From a virus (lineage: Duplodnaviria > Heunggongvirae > Uroviricota > Caudoviricetes), in IMG/VR virus record IMGVR_UViG_3300045988_004821: 64,000 nt of DNA. One strand, given 5' to 3'. This document shows, one piece after another, positions 40,455 to 50,994 of this stretch (position 1 is the first letter of the stretch; each line of letters begins with the position of its first letter). The notes under the pieces were generated by a model. It saw nothing but the letters and a program-made list of their open reading frames with translations, was not told the DNA's origin and did no database searches. The translations under genes were made by a program, and so were the position numbers.

Positions 40455-42809
40455 ATGGCAGATTACAAATTGAGTGAGCTAAACTCAATCGACACAATCC
40501 GTTCAGATGACCTTCTTCATGTCAGAGTTAAAAAGAGACCTGAAATGCTGGGTGATGAAGACCGTCGAATGACCTATCAAGATTTCTTAGCATCTTTTAA
40601 GCTTGAAAGATTTGTTCAGATTGCTGGTAGCACTATGACGGGTGACTTAGGAATTGTTAAGCTACTTTACGGTGGCAAGGCTGTATTCGACCCCACAGGC
40701 TCTTCTGAGATTACTGTTGGTGATGTTTTAAAGACTTTTAAAATCAACGCAAACGGCCTTAAACTAACTATTGCAGACGCTTCAAGGTCGGCAACTGTTT
40801 ATCATACTTTGAATAAGCCAAGCCCTAATGAACTTGGGATGAGAACTAATGAAGAGAATGACGCAAGGTATGCAAGACTAGCCGTGAATAATACCTTTAG
40901 AGGTACTCAAGCTATCCTCTCTGACAATGAAGCGCTCATTATTAAAAATATCACTCAAGGTGCTCCACTCTATCTTCGTGGTCAAGATGCAGATGGTACT
41001 AACAGATGGTATCTAGGTAATGATAATAGGGGTACAAATAATCTTGTATTGAAGAATGTAAAGTCTGACGTTTCAATTGCTATTTTAGAGAATTTGGTGA
41101 CAGTCAACAGAACTCTTCAAATTGCTGGCCAAGTTCAGCCTTCAAGTTTTGCTAACTTAGATGCTAGGTATTTTACCCAGACAGCAGCTAATCAGAGATT
41201 TGCGCAGTTAGCTGGTAATAACACTTTTACTGGTACTAACACTTTCTCTAATTTTGTTGCTAAGAAGAATGCTGAAGCCATCACTCTGCAAAATGTGGAC
41301 ACTGCTCCCTCTTTATATATCCGAGCAAGAAAGTCAGATGGGAATTATAAGTGGTACATTGGTAATGACGGTGATGAGAACATTTTAAAAATCTATAACT
41401 ATCTAACAAAAACACAAGTCTCACTAGGTAACACTATTGCCATGAGCAAAACAGTTCAAATTGATGGTCAAGTACAACCTTCTGATTGGACTAACATTGA
41501 TTCTAGATATATTCCGGCAGCCAATTTGAGTAATCTCCCTAAACTTAATGTGTCTAATACTTTTACAAATGTGCAAACTATTGTATCTAACAACGAGGGT
41601 TTGGTATTAAGGAACTTGACACAGGGGCAGCCACTATATATCCGTGGTGTTGATACTGAGAATGTTTCTAGATGGTGGTTAGGTGTAGGTGGTCCAAACT
41701 CTAATGTGGTAACACTTAACAACACCTATTCTGACACTAAAATCTCACTTGGTGGCTCATCAGTAATGACTAATAAGAGCTTAGCTATTACTGGTCAAGT
41801 ACAACCTTCTGACTTCTCTAACTTAGATGCTAGATACTATACCCAAGCTGCCGCAAACGCAAGATATATGCTTGCAAGCATCACTGGTTCGGCTTCTGAA
41901 GCAGATGGTGGTGATGGTGTTGCATGGGATGCAAAAACAGGTCTTTATAAGGTTACTAACACCACTGGACAGTCTTCTTCACTTGTATATAACATGTTTT
42001 TAGGGACTAGTTCTACACCATCTGCACAATTAAAGTTTTCGTTTAAAAATGGTGGGATGTGGTATAGAACATCAAGAGATGCCTATGGCTTCGAAGTTAA
42101 TTGGTCTAAAGTTTACACGGAAGCACAAAAACCAACCCCTTCAGAGATTGGTGCATACACTAAAGCTGAAACTGACCAGAAAATTGCAACAGCAATTAGT
42201 GACTCTACAGACCTTAACAAAATCTATCCAGTTGGTATTGTAACGTGGTTTAACAGTAATGTTAACCCTAATACAGCACTCCCTGGTCTAACTTGGACGT
42301 ACCTGAATAATGGTGTTGGTAGAACTATCAGAATCGCAGCAGCAAACGGTTCAGATGTTGCTACAACTGGTGGTTCAGATTCTGTGACATTAGCTGTTGG
42401 TAACTTACCATCACACACTCACAGTTTCTCTGCTACCACTTCATCTTTTGATTATGGTACGAAGAACACTAACAGTACTGGTGCACATACCCATTCAGTT
42501 AGTGGTACTGCTGCATCTGCTGGGCAACACGCACACAGAATTTCACAGGGTGACAACGCTAACGTTTCATCAGGTAGAGTCGCATCTTCAAACTCTGCTC
42601 AGACCCATGTTGGTTGGACTGAAAATGATGGTGTTCACACCCACTCAGTTAGTGGTACTGCTGCATCTGCTGGTGGACATGCTCACTCTGTAGGTATTGG
42701 TGCTCATAGCCACACAGTTAGTGGTAACACTGGTGGTACAGGTTCTGGTTCAGCATTTAGTGTTACTAACCAGTTCTACAAGTTAATGGCTTGGGTAAGA
42801 ACTGCTTAA
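40455..42809 (+). CDS. long tail fibre protein with C-terminal His-box repeats (784 aa)
   Basis: Internal repeated LxIxGQVQPSDxxNxDxRY segments; C-terminal HTHS/AHSH repeats; ends FYKLMAWVRTA (paralogous to SFVLYVWQRTA). Confidence 0.7.
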   Translation: MADYKLSELNSIDTIRSDDLLHVRVKKRPEMLGDEDRRMTYQDFLASFKLERFVQIAGSTMTGDLGIVKLLYGGKAVFDPTGSSEITVGDVLKTFKINANGLKLTIADASRSATVYHTLNKPSPNELGMRTNEENDARYARLAVNNTFRGTQAILSDNEALIIKNITQGAPLYLRGQDADGTNRWYLGNDNRGTNNLVLKNVKSDVSIAILENLVTVNRTLQIAGQVQPSSFANLDARYFTQTAANQRFAQLAGNNTFTGTNTFSNFVAKKNAEAITLQNVDTAPSLYIRARKSDGNYKWYIGNDGDENILKIYNYLTKTQVSLGNTIAMSKTVQIDGQVQPSDWTNIDSRYIPAANLSNLPKLNVSNTFTNVQTIVSNNEGLVLRNLTQGQPLYIRGVDTENVSRWWLGVGGPNSNVVTLNNTYSDTKISLGGSSVMTNKSLAITGQVQPSDFSNLDARYYTQAAANARYMLASITGSASEADGGDGVAWDAKTGLYKVTNTTGQSSSLVYNMFLGTSSTPSAQLKFSFKNGGMWYRTSRDAYGFEVNWSKVYTEAQKPTPSEIGAYTKAETDQKIATAISDSTDLNKIYPVGIVTWFNSNVNPNTALPGLTWTYLNNGVGRTIRIAAANGSDVATTGGSDSVTLAVGNLPSHTHSFSATTSSFDYGTKNTNSTGAHTHSVSGTAASAGQHAHRISQGDNANVSSGRVASSNSAQTHVGWTENDGVHTHSVSGTAASAGGHAHSVGIGAHSHTVSGNTGGTGSGSAFSVTNQFYKLMAWVRTA

Positions 42810-42888
42810 TCCCTTGTTGACTGATTGTTAAGATGGTGTTAATATTCTTTATGGGTATTCTCACCATCTTGGCTGATGAGGTGATTAA

Positions 42889-43086
42889 ATGCCTACAATC
42901 CTAGCAATTCTTCTAAAAAATCTAGGTAGCTTCTTCTGGAAACTCATTTTATCCCTTCTAAGTGAATACATGATTGAGAAAGTGTTCTTTAAGCTTGCAA
43001 GATATCTTGCGAGTAAGACAGACACACCTATTGATGATGAGTTCGTAGATAACTTAGAAAAAGCTTTTAAGGGGGAGAATAAATGA
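42889..43086 (+). CDS. small membrane protein, possible holin (65 aa)
   Basis: Hydrophobic N-terminal half, charged C-terminus, after the fibre genes. Confidence 0.35.
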   Translation: MPTILAILLKNLGSFFWKLILSLLSEYMIEKVFFKLARYLASKTDTPIDDEFVDNLEKAFKGENK

Positions 43087-43454
43087 AGTGGCTAGAGGAA
43101 GCTTTTAAAAATAATATTGGTGCAATTGTAGTTGGTATTTTTAGTGTTATTGGGATGTATACCACCATGCAAGTTTCGGATGGTAAGCAAGAAGTGTCTG
43201 TCACAACAAAGTTACAGCAGCTAGATAATTACAGCAAAGCTAATTACTCAGCTATTCGTGATTTACAGTCTGACATGAGACTGATTCAGCTAGGGATGGA
43301 GAACCAGAAAGTTCAGTTAGAGAATGTTAAGGGCGAGAACGCAAAACTTACTAAAACCCTTGATAAATTCTCTGACAGCGTGAACAATCTGGCTCAATCA
43401 GTATCAGCCTTGCAAGCTATTACTGAAAAGAACACAAAGAATACTGAAAAATAA
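43083..43454 (+). CDS. membrane-anchored coiled-coil protein, possible spanin-like (123 aa)
   Basis: N-terminal transmembrane segment IGAIVVGIFSVIGMYTT followed by predicted coiled coil. Confidence 0.35.
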   Translation: MKWLEEAFKNNIGAIVVGIFSVIGMYTTMQVSDGKQEVSVTTKLQQLDNYSKANYSAIRDLQSDMRLIQLGMENQKVQLENVKGENAKLTKTLDKFSDSVNNLAQSVSALQAITEKNTKNTEK

Positions 43455-43462
43455 AATTTAAG

Positions 43463-43488
43463 GCTCCTTTTTTACGGGAGCCTTTTTT
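43463..43488. terminator. bidirectional terminator between convergent operons (GGCTCC..GGGAGCC flanked by A and T runs)
   Basis: Hairpin with poly-T on both strands between the 43454 and 43493 gene ends. Confidence 0.7.
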
Positions 43489-43492
43489 GTTT

Positions 43493-44392
43493 TTACTTGC
43501 CTACTGACAGAGGTGCTTCAATCTTTCCTGCATGTTGGTAGTTGTTAATGCCACCAATAAAATCACTTGCAGTAAGATGTTTCAGGTCACTTAAAGTATT
43601 AAGTGGTAGACCAATCTCAAAAGTTGGTGCATGGAACTCTTCATTGTTCAGTAGTTCATAAACCTGTTTCATGTGGTTCTGATAAATCTGAGTATCTCCA
43701 AAGACACCTATCAAGTACCGTGGAGTGTATCCAGTCATCTTACAAAGAACTTCCAGAATAAAACCATAAGATGCAATATTAAACGGGAGTCCTAAAAAGG
43801 TGTCTACTGAACGCTGATACCATTGTAAGTCAACTTCACCCTCGTTAGTGATATAAATCTGAAACAGAACATGACAAGGTGCTAAAGCCATTGAGTTTGC
43901 TGCAATATCTGCTGCATTCCAAGCATTAACAAGCATGTAACGGTCTGTGATATCACCCTTCATCTTCGTTACTAAGGTCTCTAGTTGGTCTACAACACAA
44001 CCATTATGACCTTCAAAGTTTCTCCACTGAACCCCATAAATCCTTCCACCTGCATCATCTAACCAATCTTGTTCAGAAGAATAATTAGAGCTTAACCAGC
44101 GTTTAAAATCATCTGACCAGATAGTCCAGCGTTCTCCGTCATTTTCACCCCAAGTACGGTAACGAAGTTCGCCCAACTTATTCTCGCCATTCAGGAACCA
44201 TAAAGCCTCCCCAATAACTTGCCGTGTAAACACCTGTTTAGATGTTAAGAGTGGGAAACCAGTTCGCATATCAAAGCGAAACTTAGGTGGAGCAAATGCA
44301 GAGATAACATCTCCAGTTCGTGTAGTACGCAGTTCACCAACTGATAAAACATGGTTCAGGATATTTTTGTAACTTGTATCTGCTTGTGACAT
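43493..44392 (-). CDS. thyA: thymidylate synthase
   Basis: Catalytic-site motif ALAPCHVLFQ and overall ThyA-like sequence; adjacent to DHFR. Confidence 0.9.
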   Translation of the reverse strand: MSQADTSYKNILNHVLSVGELRTTRTGDVISAFAPPKFRFDMRTGFPLLTSKQVFTRQVIGEALWFLNGENKLGELRYRTWGENDGERWTIWSDDFKRWLSSNYSSEQDWLDDAGGRIYGVQWRNFEGHNGCVVDQLETLVTKMKGDITDRYMLVNAWNAADIAANSMALAPCHVLFQIYITNEGEVDLQWYQRSVDTFLGLPFNIASYGFILEVLCKMTGYTPRYLIGVFGDTQIYQNHMKQVYELLNNEEFHAPTFEIGLPLNTLSDLKHLTASDFIGGINNYQHAGKIEAPLSVGK

Positions 44393-44393
44393 A

Positions 44394-44939
44394 TCAAAAG
44401 TGTCCTTTCACTTGTGGAACATAAATTTCAAAAGTTGCTTTACCATCCTCTGATGGTTTTGACTGTACCTTTGTAAATACACGGTTATCATACAGCTTCT
44501 CAAAGAAGTTTTCAAAAGGTAAATGCACAGTGGCCTCTTCAGTAACTTTATGGAAAACTGTATGGAAAACTACACCAGCATACGGTAAAGCATTGACAAG
44601 GACACCTGCACCACCAATTACAAAGACATCTTCATCAATAGAGCTATCAAGATACTTCAAAAATGCTCCAAAGGATTCTTTGCTGGCCTTAGCATACATT
44701 ACCTCATCTTTGCCAAAGTCTATGCCTAAGTATGGTACAGAATTTGTTAAGATGAGGTTTGCACGTTCTGGTAAAGGTTTACTACCCAGAGTCTTAAAAG
44801 TCTCATTACCCATGACTACTAAGTTATTTTTAGTGAGTCTCTTAAACTCTTGCATGTCCTGTTTATGTCGAGGCCACGGCATACCAGTTGGAGTACCAAA
44901 TTCACCGTTTTCACCACTTGCAAATATTAGCTTAATCAT
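44394..44939 (-). CDS. folA: dihydrofolate reductase
   Basis: N-terminal MIKLIFASGENGEFG..MPW and LVVMGNETFKTLG match DHFR; immediately upstream of thyA. Confidence 0.85.
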   Translation of the reverse strand: MIKLIFASGENGEFGTPTGMPWPRHKQDMQEFKRLTKNNLVVMGNETFKTLGSKPLPERANLILTNSVPYLGIDFGKDEVMYAKASKESFGAFLKYLDSSIDEDVFVIGGAGVLVNALPYAGVVFHTVFHKVTEEATVHLPFENFFEKLYDNRVFTKVQSKPSEDGKATFEIYVPQVKGHF

Positions 44940-45196
44940 TTTGTAAACCCTTTCTTAATGAACCAGTTGATGACACTCTTCACAGCTTTATTGCTATGGT
45001 AGACTAAGTGTGGTGTAGGTTGGTATGAACCATAAGCCCAGAAAGCAATGATTTCATTACATCCTGTACACCTTGTACTCTCTTCAGCAATATGACCGTT
45101 GACTATTTCACTTACCTCACCTTGTAAGTCTGTACACCCACAATGTGGACATCGGATAGGTGTTCCATCAGACTCATAGCAGTGTTCAATTTTCAT
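44936..45196 (-). CDS. small Cys-rich zinc-ribbon-like protein (86 aa)
   Basis: CPHCGC..CTGC motifs. Confidence 0.45.
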   Translation of the reverse strand: MKIEHCYESDGTPIRCPHCGCTDLQGEVSEIVNGHIAEESTRCTGCNEIIAFWAYGSYQPTPHLVYHSNKAVKSVINWFIKKGFTK

Positions 45197-45712
45197 CTAT
45201 TTAACCTCAAAAACTGGCTCAAGAACCAATATAAAGTCTACACAGTCATCTTCTTCATCCAGAATACCATCAAAGTTCTTAGGAACGAAGTCGAAGAGGC
45301 TCATCACAAAGCAGTCAGAAGTGACCCTGATAGTTCCTCCCATGTTCTCTACAGTTAACACTGTACGACTTTCTTTTACCTCCCTCAGAAGATTACCCAC
45401 AAAGTCATCTAAGAAGTACTTCATCAGTGACTTAAAACCTTTAGGATAATCTGTACCAGAGTATGTTTCAATCTGAGGCACAAGCTTAACATTTATACTA
45501 GTCTTTGTTAAGAACGTGTTAGAGAACATACTATCAGGTAACTTACAAACACTCTTTCCAGTACCTTCATGTTCAATCTCAACAAAACCAGCTTCGTCGC
45601 CACATGTAACTATTTTAAAAGATGCTTCATTCTCATACTGTGAAGCCATAAACTTTTTAAGCATCTCTTTAAGGAAATCTGCATGAGCATCTTGTAAGTA
45701 GATATCAATCAT
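45197..45712 (-). CDS. hypothetical protein (171 aa)
   Basis: Minus-strand ORF. Confidence 0.5.
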   Translation of the reverse strand: MIDIYLQDAHADFLKEMLKKFMASQYENEASFKIVTCGDEAGFVEIEHEGTGKSVCKLPDSMFSNTFLTKTSINVKLVPQIETYSGTDYPKGFKSLMKYFLDDFVGNLLREVKESRTVLTVENMGGTIRVTSDCFVMSLFDFVPKNFDGILDEEDDCVDFILVLEPVFEVK

Positions 45713-45725
45713 AGTTAATCACCTA

Positions 45726-46085
45726 TTATGGGAACAAACACTTAATGTCATCGTTTTTGAAAACGAAACTTGTGTAGTTATGACCATCAACATCCAACCA
45801 AACAGCCTGAACATCTACACCATCAAGATTCTGGTAAAGCTCTTTGATGAAGTGGTCTTTCACAATCTGGCTACTAGTGGTTTCCAGCTTGATGTTTGAG
45901 ATTGCTGAACCTACAGCCATATAGCCCATGACACGTTTCTTCTCAGTATGCTTAATCTTACCATCTTTGTAAGCCATAATGAGATTGGAGAGAATCTTCA
46001 CACCATAATACTTTTCAAGGTGAGTGGGTACGCCATAAAAGCCTAATGCGAAGTTTTCAGAGTGGATAATGTTTTCACGTTTCAT
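45726..46085 (-). CDS. hypothetical protein (119 aa)
   Basis: Minus-strand ORF. Confidence 0.5.
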   Translation of the reverse strand: MKRENIIHSENFALGFYGVPTHLEKYYGVKILSNLIMAYKDGKIKHTEKKRVMGYMAVGSAISNIKLETTSSQIVKDHFIKELYQNLDGVDVQAVWLDVDGHNYTSFVFKNDDIKCLFP

Positions 46086-46086
46086 A

Positions 46087-46416
46087 TTAATCTGCCAACC
46101 TTAAATTGAAATTAACACCAAATTTTTCACATACTTCCAACATATACTCAAGGGAAACATTACCAGTGAGGTGGATTATGTTGGATACACGAGCCTGAGA
46201 GATACCACAAATTTTAGCAACTTGCTCTTGAGAAAGACCTCTGGATTTAATCTCTCTCTTAAAACGATGTGCAACGAAGTCTCTCATTTCGTCTACATCC
46301 ATTGGACAAATATAACTCTCCATTTCAGCCTCTCTATCAGCCTCCCAATCATCTTGTGGGGCATAAGGGTCAAAAACCTCATTCATCTTTCTTCTTCCGT
46401 TTGCGTGAAGTGTCAA
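46087..46416 (-). CDS. helix-turn-helix DNA-binding protein (XRE/Cro-like)
   Basis: LSQEQVAKICGISQARVSNI helix-turn-helix pattern. Confidence 0.6.
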   Translation of the reverse strand: MTLHANGRRKMNEVFDPYAPQDDWEADREAEMESYICPMDVDEMRDFVAHRFKREIKSRGLSQEQVAKICGISQARVSNIIHLTGNVSLEYMLEVCEKFGVNFNLRLAD

Positions 46417-46591
46417 TCAATGAATCTATGTTTGTAGCCCTAACCTTTTCACGTTCATCATTAAGATAATCATCAAGAGCCTTTTCAATCTGTGAATCAT
46501 CTTGACAGATGACTGTAAAGACTGTAAAGCCGTCTGTATCGTCAATTATCTTACCATAACCGCTTCTGGGATGTAACTTTTTAAGAGCCAT
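46379..46591 (-). CDS. hypothetical small protein (70 aa)
   Basis: ORF with basic C-terminus; overlaps neighbour start. Confidence 0.35.
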   Translation of the reverse strand: MALKKLHPRSGYGKIIDDTDGFTVFTVICQDDSQIEKALDDYLNDEREKVRATNIDSLIDTSRKRKKKDE

Positions 46592-46592
46592 A

Positions 46593-46976
46593 TCAAATAC
46601 CTGTGCAGCTTCTGTTTTCTAAGAAATACTCAACACCATACATAGCTTTTTGCATCAAATCTTCTTTAAACTGAATACGATGATTGAGCATAGCCTGTAC
46701 ATCAATATCATTAGGGTGCTTCTCTTTAATGTTTGCAGATTGCAGGAAATACTCTGCAAGAACACGATATTGGTAGTCAGTTACCTTATCAGTCATCTCT
46801 GTCAAAGACTCTTCAGAGATTGGTTTAAGTAGCTCACCATTCGCTAGAGCAACACCTTTAACAATCTGGCAAGTGTCTTCTGGAACACCTGATAAGTCCA
46901 CATTTGGAAGTTCTGTTGCATTGACTGGTAAATTCATTGCCATAACCATTGCAGCAGCTAATAAAATCTTTTTCAT
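46593..46976 (-). CDS. secreted/periplasmic protein with signal peptide (127 aa)
   Basis: N-terminus MKKILLAAAMVMAMNLPVNA; two Cys in mature part. Confidence 0.55.
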   Translation of the reverse strand: MKKILLAAAMVMAMNLPVNATELPNVDLSGVPEDTCQIVKGVALANGELLKPISEESLTEMTDKVTDYQYRVLAEYFLQSANIKEKHPNDIDVQAMLNHRIQFKEDLMQKAMYGVEYFLENRSCTGI

Positions 46977-47089
46977 AATGACCTCAAAGTTATATTAAAT
47001 TTTGTATTACATTGAGTATAAAAATAAGCTATAACACCTGACTTGTCAACAGACTTTATAGCTTATTTGGCAGATTTTTTATAAGGTTA

Positions 47090-47470
47090 CTGCCATCCTT
47101 CCATACCTTACCTTACCACACCTAACCATACCTAACCAAACTACACCATACAATACCTTATTAAAAGACCCTCTTAAAGACCTTTTAAAAAGGTAAGTCT
47201 CATTTTAATGTAGCTGAGACTAACTACCCATACCTCACCCTACCAGACCCTACCAGACCAGACCTTACCCTACCAGACCCTACCGAACATCACTTAAAAA
47301 CCCTCTTAGAAGACTCTTAAGTGATGTAATCGAATTTTAATGTAGCTCCGATTAACTACCCATACCTCACCTCACCCAACCATACCATGCCTTGCCAGAC
47401 CGCACCTTACCTCATTAAAAGACCCTCTTAAAAGACCTTTTAAAAAGGAGCCTCCGAAGAGGCTACCTAG
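47090..47470. repeat. complex repeat region R1: ACC-rich degenerate short tandem repeats plus conserved hairpin modules
   Basis: Paralogous to 48595-48880; contains modules TTAAAAGACCCTCTTAAAGACCTTTTAAAAAGG, hairpin AGTCTCA..TGAGACT and hairpin CATCACTTAA..TTAAGTGATG. Confidence 0.65.
47442..47464 (-). terminator. rho-independent terminator on minus strand (GGAGCCTC-TTCG-GAGGCTCC + U-run)
   Basis: Plus strand shows AAAAA then GAGCCTCCGAAGAGGCT just downstream of the 47476 gene end. Confidence 0.6.
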
Positions 47471-47475
47471 TCAAC

Positions 47476-47916
47476 TTAGAAAGGTTTTCTACGTTGCTTG
47501 TTAATGTTAGCTTTCATAGCAGCTAAATGGTTTTGCTGTTCAATCAGTCGTGAACGTTCTTGATGACTAAGCGCCATAGTGTTCACATTCTCAATTGCTT
47601 GAGTGGCTTGCTTTAAAGCTCGACCAATCTTACCAGACATTTTGCGTTTTGCAATAGTTGCTTGATGCTTAGGTTCAACCACACGATAACCAACACCCAT
47701 TGAAGCAACCAGATAAATCTTCTCTTCTTTAAGAAGCTTTTCAATAAACTTCTCAAGTCGGTTTAGACGTGTAAGTGCATAAGCCTTCATTTCATCTTCG
47801 TACTTAACAATGTCACCTTGATAAGTTGGCTTCACAATACCTAAGAAGGTGTCCATCTCGGAATGTGATACAGTGTCGCCGTAACTAAACTTTGCTGCTA
47901 ATGCTTTTGTATTCAT
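47476..47916 (-). CDS. hypothetical protein (146 aa), in repeat-flanked two-gene cassette
   Basis: Minus-strand ORF; no recognised motif. Confidence 0.5.
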   Translation of the reverse strand: MNTKALAAKFSYGDTVSHSEMDTFLGIVKPTYQGDIVKYEDEMKAYALTRLNRLEKFIEKLLKEEKIYLVASMGVGYRVVEPKHQATIAKRKMSGKIGRALKQATQAIENVNTMALSHQERSRLIEQQNHLAAMKANINKQRRKPF

Positions 47917-47918
47917 AA

Positions 47919-48524
<606 letters not shown>

Positions 48525-48594
48525 TTAGTTGATTGTTAAATTGTTTGTAAAGAACCCTCAACAGAAGACTCTTTAGAAACTTGGTAGATTTTTA

Positions 48595-48880
48595 ACGTGG
48601 CTACTACCATCCACCCATACCATGCCACACCACACCGGACCTTACCTAACCCGACCTTACCATACCTGACCTAACCCTACCATACCTTATTAAAAGACCC
48701 TGTTTAAAGACCTTTTAAAAAGGTAAGTCTCATTTTTATGTAGCTGAGACTAACTACCCACACCAAACCATAGCATACATCGCATTACCGGACAGAACCA
48801 TACTTTACCAAACATCACTTAAAAACCCTCTTAGAAGACTCTTAAGTGATGCTGGTGAGTACCCGTTGGTTTATGCTGCT
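48595..48880. repeat. complex repeat region R2 (paralogue of R1)
   Basis: Same ACC-rich tract and the same three hairpin modules as R1, in the same order. Confidence 0.65.
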
Positions 48881-48905
48881 CAGTATACTCACCAAATTTT
48901 CTATG

Positions 48906-49094
48906 TCAACAACTTTCTAATAAAGTTTTATGAAGATTTTGCTTAACGACCCGCCTAACATGCCTATGCTCTTTCTTAATAAAGAGTGACCTCTTCTTGA
49001 TAGAGCGCCTATTCTTGTAAGTGTTGCTAGGATACTTATCATGAACCGGACAACAACTCCCCGGTTTTACAAACTTGATAATCTCTCTTTTCAC
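48906..49094 (-). CDS. possible small basic protein (62 aa)
   Basis: Short ORF, lysine/arginine-rich; weak. Confidence 0.3.
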   Translation of the reverse strand: MKREIIKFVKPGSCCPVHDKYPSNTYKNRRSIKKRSLFIKKEHRHVRRVVKQNLHKTLLESC

Positions 49095-50194
49095 TATTCA
49101 TAATCCCTAATAACGAGACCAACAGGGAACTGTAAAGAACCCTTACGAGTCATCTTCTGGAACTGAACCGTTAAAGGCTTCCCGATAAACTCTTCAGGGT
49201 GCTCAGCAAGATACTGTTTCTTCTCGTGTGTAGTTTTCCATGAGACATCTACAAAGACGTTAGGAAGAGTCTCTACAACGAACTTGCCATGACCACGTTT
49301 ATCGGTCTTTACACCAGTCACTTTAAACTCTTCAGTGTGCATCTTCTTATGCTTAATCAAGAAGTATGAACGGTGACAACACTCATAGAAGGAGTCTTTA
49401 GAGATTGAACGGTACATTGCACCTTCAAACTTAGCTTCAACCCACTTATCATGGGCTTCATCAAACTCTTCCCAAGAATTTACACGGATAGTCTGTACAG
49501 GAACCACTCTACAGGTATCCCCAAGCTGAACGATAGGTGAACTATCAATAACTTCACGACGCTCAGGCCAAGATTTTGAATTGTCACAGATATCATACCA
49601 GTAGAATTTAAGAAGGTGACGGTCTGGATTGTCAGCATTCTTAATCATGGATACAATATCTTCTAAGTCCCAACCATGAGCATAAATCTCTCCATCAAAG
49701 TCTTCAACTTGTGGATGTAATTTAAGCAACAAAAGCAAATCTGGAATTAGTTCTGCTGGAACGTTGTAAACAGTATTCTCACGAGAATAAGCCGTGAAGC
49801 TAACTGAATCATCATCTCTTGAAATTCTACAACGGACACCATCAAGTTTTGGTTGAGCATCAGCAGGGAACTTCAGATACTTTGCATGGCTAACCTTTGC
49901 AGCATCATGAGCAAGCTGTACACCTACCTTCTCAGTATTCTGTGCAGATTCTTTTGTGTAAGCATAACCTTTACGGTCAACTTGCTTTTTATACTTAGCA
50001 GTAACTTCAAAGAGAGCTTGCTGTTCAGCGTTACGCTCATTCTTTTTACCGATGTTCTTAGGCTCTGCTGTATACTCTTCAAACATCATCTTGCCATTCT
50101 CTTTACCATAGGTTGTAATAACTTTGTCACCTACAGCAACACATGACCAGACGTTGAAGGAACCATCTTTATTTTGTTTGTACAGAATTGTCAT
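49094..50194 (-). CDS. ATP-dependent DNA ligase
   Basis: Adenylation motif I KLDGVR; about 366 aa; start set at the second ATG, which has a GAGG Shine-Dalgarno. Confidence 0.8.
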   Translation of the reverse strand: MTILYKQNKDGSFNVWSCVAVGDKVITTYGKENGKMMFEEYTAEPKNIGKKNERNAEQQALFEVTAKYKKQVDRKGYAYTKESAQNTEKVGVQLAHDAAKVSHAKYLKFPADAQPKLDGVRCRISRDDDSVSFTAYSRENTVYNVPAELIPDLLLLLKLHPQVEDFDGEIYAHGWDLEDIVSMIKNADNPDRHLLKFYWYDICDNSKSWPERREVIDSSPIVQLGDTCRVVPVQTIRVNSWEEFDEAHDKWVEAKFEGAMYRSISKDSFYECCHRSYFLIKHKKMHTEEFKVTGVKTDKRGHGKFVVETLPNVFVDVSWKTTHEKKQYLAEHPEEFIGKPLTVQFQKMTRKGSLQFPVGLVIRDYE

Positions 50195-50387
50195 TTTTAA
50201 CCTCTGAGTGATACCAAGTATTGCAAGCATTACATGCGTAAAGCTCTAAGTCATTTTTATCTGGTTTGTGGAAACAGTTTGACCCACAACGACACCGGAA
50301 TAGCTTACCATCAACACGAAGAATGAATGTTTCAAGCTCACCATCTTCTGTAAGAACTGCGTTCTTAAATTTATCTTCTACAGTCAT
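50169..50387 (-). CDS. small zinc-ribbon protein (72 aa)
   Basis: CRCGSNC..CNACNTW motifs. Confidence 0.45.
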   Translation of the reverse strand: MTVEDKFKNAVLTEDGELETFILRVDGKLFRCRCGSNCFHKPDKNDLELYACNACNTWYHSEVKNDNSVQTK

Positions 50388-50590
50388 TTTCTCTTACCAC
50401 CAATCTCTACGTCGATAACTTGAACATCGCCAGCAACATCAAACTTATGAATGATGCTTTCCACAGTGTAAGTCCAACCCTCAATGCGAACCAACTCACC
50501 TTCTCGTGGGACGATTGGATTACGTTGAGCTACGGTTGTAGTGGAGTGAACAACATCATAACAATAGATATAGTTTACTAGGACTTCCAT
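50384..50590 (-). CDS. hypothetical protein (start uncertain; track ORF 50384-50689 overlaps the lipoprotein gene)
   Basis: Internal Met chosen to avoid an 89-nt overlap with the strongly supported lipoprotein ORF. Confidence 0.3.
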   Translation of the reverse strand: MEVLVNYIYCYDVVHSTTTVAQRNPIVPREGELVRIEGWTYTVESIIHKFDVAGDVQVIDVEIGGKRK

Positions 50591-50600
50591 CGTGAAAACC

Positions 50601-50837
50601 TCACTCAATAACCGTAGTGTGTGATTGACCATTTTTTCCATAACTATAAGATGTTGTTGTTTGAGAGTTTGGACATCTGACAACAACAATATCTCTGCTT
50701 ATGGCATCACCATGCAACTTATAGACTTTACAATCTTGCATCTCTGGTGGGAGACTATAAGAAGCATTTTTATCTTCATAAGAAGGGTTGCAGCCAGCTA
50801 GAAAAATAACACCAAGCACAATTACTGGTTTCCACAT
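50601..50837 (-). CDS. small lipoprotein (78 aa), candidate Llp-like superinfection-exclusion protein
   Basis: Lipoprotein signal MWKPVIVLGVIFLAGC (lipobox LAGC); mature part about 60 aa with two Cys. Confidence 0.55.
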   Translation of the reverse strand: MWKPVIVLGVIFLAGCNPSYEDKNASYSLPPEMQDCKVYKLHGDAISRDIVVVRCPNSQTTTSYSYGKNGQSHTTVIE

Positions 50838-50994
50838 AATACTTCTCCTGTCTGTTGTTCACGATACTCAAGCTCTCTGAAAGTTTTGTAGTAATGAGCT
50901 TTGTAGTACGCTATCTCATTACTTTTTACGTTTGTTTTTAGTAGGTTCCAATCAGAGTCTTTACCCATCCTTCCCCAGAGACTATACAACCTAT

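Noticed and set aside
47090-47470. ACC-rich repeats as rho-utilisation (rut) sites
   Set aside because: The flanking genes are transcribed from the minus strand, on which the tract is G-rich rather than C-rich, so a rut-site interpretation does not fit the transcript orientation.
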